The notes beneath the pieces were generated by a model, which worked only from the letters and a program-made list of their open reading frames with translations, searched no databases and was not told where the DNA came from. A stretch of 64,000 bases of DNA from Nitrososphaerota archaeon (GTDB lineage Archaea; Thermoproteota; Nitrososphaeria_A; Caldarchaeales; Caldarchaeaceae), in contig JBEPYN010000001.1 of NCBI GenBank assembly GCA_041641305.1, positions 544,001 through 608,000 on the forward strand, in the 5' to 3' direction. The position numbers were made by a program, and so were the translations under genes. Shown here in pieces: positions 57,960 to 64,000 of the stretch (the first letter of the stretch is position 1; each line of letters starts with the position of its first letter).

Positions 57960-59084
57960 ATGTCGAAGGGTATCAGAGCCGTTGCAATCCTCGGTCTGGT
58001 CTCGCTGCTCGGAGACCTTGTCTATGAGGGGGGCCGCTCTGTTCTTCCCGACTACATGCGTCAGCTGGGAATGGATGCTTTCATGGTGGGTGCCGCGCTT
58101 GGCGTGGCTGAACTGGCGGGCTGGGCTGCGAGGCCGTTGGGCGGAATGTTGGCTGACAAAACAGGCAGATACTCGTTGGTCGTGAAGCTTGGCTACGCTG
58201 GCCTATTTGTCATCCCTCTTATGGGCTTTGCACCTTTCTGGTGGCTACTGGTCGTGCTTGCTTTTCTCGAGAGGGTTTTCAGGGGGATGCGTGTCCCGGC
58301 CCGTGACGCCATGCTCGTGAGGCTGCGGGGAGATGTGAAGATCGGGAAAGCGTTTGGGCTGCATGAGTTGATGGACCAAGTCGGCGCGGCAGGAGGCCCA
58401 TTACTGGCCATATTCGTGCTGATAAGCCTCCCAATCCCGTTTGTCTACTATATCCTCGCGATACCCTACCTTATTCTCCTCATCGTGCTCACGCGGGTGC
58501 CGACGTATAGGGAAAAAGCCGCTGAGTTGAAGGGGTTGAAGCCTACGAGGGGAGTGGTTCTCATCTCGTTGGCCGCTGCGTTGAACACAGCTGGCTTGTT
58601 GCCCGTGCCGCTTTTACTTTACATGGTTTCTCTCCAGGCAGGCTCAGGGTCGTGGCTCATACCCGCCGCCTACACCATCGCAATGGTTGTGGACGCTTTC
58701 GCCGGACTCATTCTGGGGATACTGTACGATAGATGGGGGATTAAGATAGTTGCCTTAGTGGCACCCGTGTCTGTTTTGCCGACGGTCTTCATCTACTCGG
58801 ATGTGGCGCTTCTCATGGTTGCGGCTTTTTTGATCGGTGTTGTGATCGGTGCGCAGGAATCTATTTTCAGGGCCGCTGTCGCCGACTTGGCTCGTCTCAA
58901 CAGCCTCGGATCAGCCTACGCATCCTATGGACTTGCATTTGGAGCCGGAGCAGCCATCGCGGGCGCGGTCTACGGCTACATGATTCAAACAAACACAGGA
59001 CTCGAATACATTCTTCTATTCACAGCTCTCATGCAAACCATATCCGCTATACTCATCCTAAACGCCGCGAAACAGAAGAAATAG
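57960..59084 (+). CDS. MFS transporter
   Basis: G.LADKTGR motif, R.PARDA, about 12 TM. Confidence 0.9.
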   Translation: MSKGIRAVAILGLVSLLGDLVYEGGRSVLPDYMRQLGMDAFMVGAALGVAELAGWAARPLGGMLADKTGRYSLVVKLGYAGLFVIPLMGFAPFWWLLVVLAFLERVFRGMRVPARDAMLVRLRGDVKIGKAFGLHELMDQVGAAGGPLLAIFVLISLPIPFVYYILAIPYLILLIVLTRVPTYREKAAELKGLKPTRGVVLISLAAALNTAGLLPVPLLLYMVSLQAGSGSWLIPAAYTIAMVVDAFAGLILGILYDRWGIKIVALVAPVSVLPTVFIYSDVALLMVAAFLIGVVIGAQESIFRAAVADLARLNSLGSAYASYGLAFGAGAAIAGAVYGYMIQTNTGLEYILLFTALMQTISAILILNAAKQKK

Positions 59085-59091
59085 TTAATTC

Positions 59092-60066
59092 ATGGATGAC
59101 CTCGACAAGGAGTGGATGATTGCTCTAAGAGATGTTTACCGAGCGCGAAAAATTTTGTCCAAATACTTGACACCGACTCCTCTTCTTTACTCAAAAAAGC
59201 TTTCCAAGGAGTTGGGTGCAAACGTCTACGTGAAGCTTGAGAACATGAACCCGACCAACAGCTTCAAAGTCAGAGGAGGTCTCTATTACATGAGCCTGAT
59301 GCATGACAAGGTACGGGGAGCTGTAACCGCGTCTATGGGGAATCATGCACAATCAATCGCCTACTCTGGCTCGCTCTTCGGAGTGGAGACAACGATTGTG
59401 ATGCCCAGCTGGGTTAACCCTTTGAAAAAAGAGGCGGTCGAAGAGCTTGGGGCGAAAGTTATCACCTATGGAGCATACTATGACGAGGCCGCCGCATATG
59501 CACAGCATTATGCAGAGGAGCGTGGGCTTGTTTTCATCGATCCGATAAATGAGGTGAGGCTGTATCCCGGTGTCGCGACCATGCATCTCGAGGTCGTCGA
59601 GGAGCTTCCCAGCGTGGAGACTGTGTTCAACCCGTTGGGAGGAGGCTCGGGCGCGATAGGCGCGGTCACTGTCTACAAATCCATTAACCCGGCGGTAAGG
59701 GTTTACGCCGTTCAAGCAGAGGGCGCTCCAGCCTTCTATCTCTCCTACAAAAAAGGCATGCTACAATCCACCGACGGAGTCAAAACAAGGGCAGAGGGCC
59801 TCGCGGTGGCCAAAGCCTATGAAACACCTTTCCAGCTGCTCAGAAACAGGCTCGACGACGTCATACTGGTGTCGGATGAAGAGATGGAAAACGCTGTCGT
59901 GAAGCTCTACAACGCCGTCAGACAGGTTGCCGAGCTCGCCGGCGCCGCCTCAACCGCGGCCGCCTACAAATCAGCCGAAAAAATATCCGGAAAAACGGTT
60001 GTCCTCATGCTCACTGGCGGAAACATAGATCATAAACGGTTCGCGGAAATATTAGCCAAACATTAG
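59092..60066 (+). CDS. Threonine/serine ammonia-lyase (no regulatory domain)
   Basis: KLEN.NPTNSFKVRG, ASMGNHAQ, GGGSG, TGGN. Confidence 0.88.
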   Translation: MDDLDKEWMIALRDVYRARKILSKYLTPTPLLYSKKLSKELGANVYVKLENMNPTNSFKVRGGLYYMSLMHDKVRGAVTASMGNHAQSIAYSGSLFGVETTIVMPSWVNPLKKEAVEELGAKVITYGAYYDEAAAYAQHYAEERGLVFIDPINEVRLYPGVATMHLEVVEELPSVETVFNPLGGGSGAIGAVTVYKSINPAVRVYAVQAEGAPAFYLSYKKGMLQSTDGVKTRAEGLAVAKAYETPFQLLRNRLDDVILVSDEEMENAVVKLYNAVRQVAELAGAASTAAAYKSAEKISGKTVVLMLTGGNIDHKRFAEILAKH

Positions 60067-60107
60067 CCTAAATATCGCGTAATCCCATTATATTTGGTGT
60101 CGACACC

Positions 60108-60443
60108 TTGGGCAAGCGGAAAATTGTCTCTGAACCCGATGAACTGGATCAGTTGATGGAGCCGGGGCCGGGGGATGTCTACGGGGTGGTGAGCAAGATG
60201 TATGGATATGACAGGCTTTTGGTGGATTGTTCGGATGGTAAGCAGAGGGTTTGCAGGATACGGGGGCAGCTTAAACGCCGGATCTGGATTAAGGAGGGGG
60301 ATCTTGTTCTTGTCTCGCCGTGGGATTTTCAGAGAGACAGCAGAGGCGATGTCTGGTGGCGTTTCACACACAACCAGGCCCTCGAGCTCGCCAAAAAAGG
60401 CGTCATCCCAGATTTTTTGAAAGCCAAACTGGGAGCTTCCTAG
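60108..60443 (+). CDS. eif1a: Translation initiation factor aIF-1A
   Basis: C.DGK.R.CRIRG.LKRRIWIKEGD.VLVSPWDFQ..RGD. Confidence 0.95.
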   Translation: MGKRKIVSEPDELDQLMEPGPGDVYGVVSKMYGYDRLLVDCSDGKQRVCRIRGQLKRRIWIKEGDLVLVSPWDFQRDSRGDVWWRFTHNQALELAKKGVIPDFLKAKLGAS

Positions 60444-62023
60444 CCTGTCTCGAGTATCTTTGTCACCACTCCTATGCCCTTTGTTTTCCCCTCCCGGAAG
60501 ACAAACTTGTCACCGGGCTGAATGTAGAAAGGCCTATACTTGAACCGCATTTCCACCCTGCCCGATTCCCCCGCTTTGAGATAGGGTTTGTCGAGTAGTT
60601 TAACACGTGTTGTAGAGGCGATGGTGTGGATGTGGACGATTGGCTCATAGCCTGTGCTGATTCTCGTCGGATGGGAGAGGACGGTGACCTCGGCCTCGAA
60701 AGACCTGACACTCTCGGGGTTGAGGCTTGGGTCACATATGATCATGCCTCTTTCGAGAAGCTCCTCCCTCACCCCTTTCACGGCCACTCCCACAATATAG
60801 CCTGGCTCGGCCTCCGCCAACCGTGTATAATGCATCTCAATACTCCGCGCACGTACGGGCACATAGGCACCTTTCCGCGTCGGCCCCAAGAGAAGCTCAG
60901 CCCCCGGCGTCAAACTCCCCTGCCTAACAGAGCCTGAGACAACATTCCCCACACCCTCAACACTGTAAACCCTGTCAATGTATAGCAGGAATGGTTGATC
61001 TTTTTTCTTTGCCCTTGGAGGCAGCCTCCTAAGCAGATGATAAACAAGGTCATACCCCTGCCGTGTCACAGACGAGATCTTAAACACCGGGACAACCACG
61101 GAGACCTTGTCGACGAGCAGTTCTACGTCGTTGACTGAGTTGACTATGAAAGGTATTCGCCCAACTCGTTTAAGCAGTGATACGATCTCTGACTCGGCGG
61201 CCTGGACTCTGTTTGCGGGAACTTTATCGATCTTCGTCACCAGTATGATGACTGGGATGTCCATCGCAAGCATTATGCCGAGATGCTCCCGCGTGATGTG
61301 GGTGGGGCCGTCGTCGGCGGCGACAACCAAGAAACCGTAGTCTATTTCTTGGCCGAGTATGCCGCGGATGGTTGTCCTCAGCCAAGGCTCATGACCGACA
61401 GTGTCCACAAAGCTCACGAGACGCTCCGATTCGCGGGTGACACGTATTCTCTCAGCCCGGTCAAGCGGGTTCTTCATGAAGTTAGGCTCCGAGCCACGGA
61501 AGCCCAGAACAATGAAGTGGAGGTCGGCTGAGAGATTTCTCTCAACCTCGTGAGGCAAGGTGTCGAGGTAAAGCCATTTCTGGCCGTCGTCCCTCTCACC
61601 GGTAATCAGGCACGCTAGGAAAGTGGATTTCCCGTGGTTGACGTGACCCGCCACAGAGACAACCAAGTGGTCAACACTCGGCCTCGACTGCGTGGTGATA
61701 ATTACTCTCGCAATCAAGCCACCGTTTGAGTCAAACTTCTCAACCCTATCTATCGCAGCCCCGCACTCCGAAGCCACTTGCCTTAAGACGCTGAGGCTTT
61801 CTTCAAGCTCTATCTCAGTTATCCCCGACGCTGTCCCATCGTCTCTAACTCCGAGAATGTAAACAGCGGTCCCGTCGCCGTTCTCCAGCCTATACTTCAT
61901 CTGGCTCGCAAGCTTCTGCCTCTTCTCCGTTCGGAGATGAATCTCGGGAATAAGCTTCTCCTTAAACTCGATATGCATCTTCTCAACAGATGGTATAGTG
62001 AACCTCTTGTTACCAGCCATCAA
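60440..62023 (-). CDS. GTPBP1/2-like translational GTPase
   Basis: IEFK...QMKYRL..GDG.A.Y.LGV.DDG; GHVNHGKST; DTVGHE; TKID; EF-Tu-like domains II and III, FREGKTKG.G. Confidence 0.9.
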   Translation of the reverse strand: MMAGNKRFTIPSVEKMHIEFKEKLIPEIHLRTEKRQKLASQMKYRLENGDGTAVYILGVRDDGTASGITEIELEESLSVLRQVASECGAAIDRVEKFDSNGGLIARVIITTQSRPSVDHLVVSVAGHVNHGKSTFLACLITGERDDGQKWLYLDTLPHEVERNLSADLHFIVLGFRGSEPNFMKNPLDRAERIRVTRESERLVSFVDTVGHEPWLRTTIRGILGQEIDYGFLVVAADDGPTHITREHLGIMLAMDIPVIILVTKIDKVPANRVQAAESEIVSLLKRVGRIPFIVNSVNDVELLVDKVSVVVPVFKISSVTRQGYDLVYHLLRRLPPRAKKKDQPFLLYIDRVYSVEGVGNVVSGSVRQGSLTPGAELLLGPTRKGAYVPVRARSIEMHYTRLAEAEPGYIVGVAVKGVREELLERGMIICDPSLNPESVRSFEAEVTVLSHPTRISTGYEPIVHIHTIASTTRVKLLDKPYLKAGESGRVEMRFKYRPFYIQPGDKFVFREGKTKGIGVVTKILETG

Positions 62024-62250
62024 TGCATCACAATCAGGGAGACAACCGAGGTGATGTTTTCAACCTTCTTAATACGGTTGTTGACAACCTGTTTCAACAC
62101 ATCCATTGACTCGGCTTCAATTTTCACAACCATGTCGAAGACGCCGTATACTCTCTGAGCATCCTTAACCTCCTTGACCGCCCGAAGGTGGCTGAGAACC
62201 TCCTCCTCTCTCCCGGGCCTAACGTTCAGAAGCAGGAAAGCAAGAGCCAT
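62020..62250 (-). CDS. Stand-alone Lrp/AsnC ligand-binding (RAM) domain
   Basis: AFLLLNV.PG.E..V, VYGVFD.VVKIE. Confidence 0.88.
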   Translation of the reverse strand: MALAFLLLNVRPGREEEVLSHLRAVKEVKDAQRVYGVFDMVVKIEAESMDVLKQVVNNRIKKVENITSVVSLIVMH

Positions 62251-62300
62251 CGGCTTGCCCAGGTATACAAAGCTCAGCCGCTATAAAAATCTGAAAAAAA

Positions 62301-62663
62301 TTACTTGAACCTGTATCCGCAGTAGAAGCAGACGATGGCATCGACCTCGTTGAGCGCTCTGCAGCTGGGGCAGTGGAAAGAGGTGACAAGCTTGATCTCC
62401 TCCTTCCTTTGGATGACCGGTTCCTCCGCTGGAGAAGGCATGCAAACAAGTGTTTCAACCTTTATGACGTTGGGCTGCTTAGCCAAGATTTCATAAACCC
62501 TTTGAGAAAGCTGCTCTACACTGTCAGCAGATACAAAGAGCACGGCGTCAAAACGGCCGAAAACGCTGTGAGCGGAAATTACTCCGGGCATAGACCTGAG
62601 CGCGACTATTTGGTGACTTGTGCCCGGTACTGTGCGTATAAGGACGTATGCGAATACCTTCAT
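62301..62663 (-). CDS. Lrp/AsnC RAM domain fused to a C-terminal Zn ribbon
   Basis: MKVFAYVLI..PG, VFGRFDAV; CPSC...CFYCG; start taken at ATG 62663. Confidence 0.82.
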   Translation of the reverse strand: MKVFAYVLIRTVPGTSHQIVALRSMPGVISAHSVFGRFDAVLFVSADSVEQLSQRVYEILAKQPNVIKVETLVCMPSPAEEPVIQRKEEIKLVTSFHCPSCRALNEVDAIVCFYCGYRFK

Positions 62664-62914
62664 CAGCCGTTCCCGCGGAACATCACGATGCAGGTCTCTG
62701 TGCGGACCACGTTTGGGATTTTCTCGATGACCTTGTAAAGAACCTGTGACAGTGTATTCATGTCCTCGACTTCCAGGGTTATGATTGCGTCGTATCTTCC
62801 GAAGACCGAGTCGGCTGCGACAACCCCCTTTATCGCGGAGGCTTCTTTGAGAAACTTGACGATGTCCTCGGATGTGCCGGGTTTCGCGGAAACAAGAACA
62901 TATGCCTTGACCAT
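62663..62914 (-). CDS. Stand-alone Lrp/AsnC RAM domain
   Basis: AYVLV...PG, VFGRYDAI, RTET.I. Confidence 0.88.
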   Translation of the reverse strand: MVKAYVLVSAKPGTSEDIVKFLKEASAIKGVVAADSVFGRYDAIITLEVEDMNTLSQVLYKVIEKIPNVVRTETCIVMFRGNG

Positions 62915-62920
62915 GGGCCG

Positions 62921-64000
62921 TCACACGTCGAAGTAGAGGTAGAACTCGTAGGGATGCGGCTTGGTGGCAACGTCTATGAATGACTTGAGCTGGAGCTCTG
63001 TGAAAACCTCTATCAGGTCATCGGTGAAAACGGGTTTGAGGAACTCGTGGTCGCTCAGCAATTCCTCTACAGCCTCGCGAAGCGAGCCGGGAAGCTCCCG
63101 TATCCCGAGCTGCTTTCTCCTCTCGGGACTGAGCTTGTAAATGTCCTCGTTAACGGGGTCGCCTGGGTCAATCTTCTTCTTTATTCCATCGATGCCGGCA
63201 GCAGCCATCGCGGCGAAGCATAGGTAAGGGTTGGCTGATGGGTCGGGTGTCCTAAACTCTATTCTCTTTGACTTCATAGAGGAACGGCCTCTGTAGTAAA
63301 CTGGTATGCGTATGTTGGCGGATCTGTTTGACCTGCTCCACGCTATGAAAACCGGCGCCTCGTATCCTGGGACAAGCCTCCTGTAGGAGTTTGTTGTGGG
63401 GTTGGTTATGGCTGTCAACGCGCGGCTGTGCTCGAGAAGGCCTCCCACAAAGTATCTGCCCAGCTGGCTGAGCTCCGCATAGTCGTCTTTCTCGTCGTAG
63501 AATAGGTTGACGCCGTTTCTCCAAAGGCTAACATGGACATGCATGCCTGATGCGTTGTCTCCAAAAATCGGCTTGGGCATGAACGTGGCCACCATGCCTA
63601 GGTTGTTTGCGATAACACGTGACACATACTTGTATGTCTGGGCCTTGTCAGCCATCTTGGTCAACGTGTCAAACCTCATGTCTATCTCACACTGTCCCGC
63701 CGTCGCAACCTCATGGTGATGCGCGTCAACTTCAATGTTGAAGTACTCAGTTAAGACTCTGCAGACCTCGTTCCTGTACTCCATCAAGCTGTCCTGCGGA
63801 GGCACTGGATAGTATCCCTCCTTAAACCTGATGGGGTGCTGTGTCCCTCCAGAGTTCCAAGCAGCCTCTTTGGACTCGATTTTGTAGCTGACGCCTTCGA
63901 AGGGTGATTTCACGTCCCAGTGGACCTTGTCGAAGACGAAGAACTCTATTTCAGGGCCCCAGTAGGATGTGTCGAAGCCCTGTGCCTTGATGTATTCCTC
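62921..64000 (-). CDS. glnA: Glutamine synthetase type I, C-terminal part (5' end outside window)
   Basis: [48 protein letters not shown]. Confidence 0.97.
   Translation of the reverse strand, partial: EEYIKAQGFDTSYWGPEIEFFVFDKVHWDVKSPFEGVSYKIESKEAAWNSGGTQHPIRFKEGYYPVPPQDSLMEYRNEVCRVLTEYFNIEVDAHHHEVATAGQCEIDMRFDTLTKMADKAQTYKYVSRVIANNLGMVATFMPKPIFGDNASGMHVHVSLWRNGVNLFYDEKDDYAELSQLGRYFVGGLLEHSRALTAITNPTTNSYRRLVPGYEAPVFIAWSRSNRSANIRIPVYYRGRSSMKSKRIEFRTPDPSANPYLCFAAMAAAGIDGIKKKIDPGDPVNEDIYKLSPERRKQLGIRELPGSLREAVEELLSDHEFLKPVFTDDLIEVFTELQLKSFIDVATKPHPYEFYLYFDV

Overview
Gene-dense archaeal chromosome segment. The protein set (ESCRT-III, CDC48, ABCE1, RIO1, Dim2, Alba, aIF-1A, intron-containing tRNA, TackOD1-like protein) points to a thermophilic TACK archaeon, plausibly Aigarchaeota/Caldiarchaeum-like (inference). 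Core content: a copper locus (YHS protein, CopA), vapBC, a ttrBCA-like molybdoenzyme operon with TorD-type chaperone, uS12, moaA, cytochrome b, pyrB, tRNA-Pro, a surface-protein operon (DUF350-like, catalytically degenerate PrsW, two M6 metalloproteases with polyproline tails), translation and ribosome-biogenesis genes, class II RNR, sufB, an XDH-family large subunit, an orphan CRISPR array (49 repeats plus 1 degenerate), a Zn-ribbon small GTPase, a Kv channel and the 3' part of glnA. A ~7.5 kb accessory island (28877-36353) lies between the 3' end of tRNA-Tyr and a degenerate copy of it. It holds IS5 and IS6 remnants, a stop-interrupted PhoU regulator and a P1B ATPase. Its most striking content is a 257-aa TnpB-like nuclease reduced to its RuvC/Zn-finger part, which keeps the D-E-D triad and is flanked by structured, apparently non-coding sequence, including three phased 26-nt hairpin units with covarying stems. 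Starts refined by eye and all family calls come from motif recognition, not database searches.
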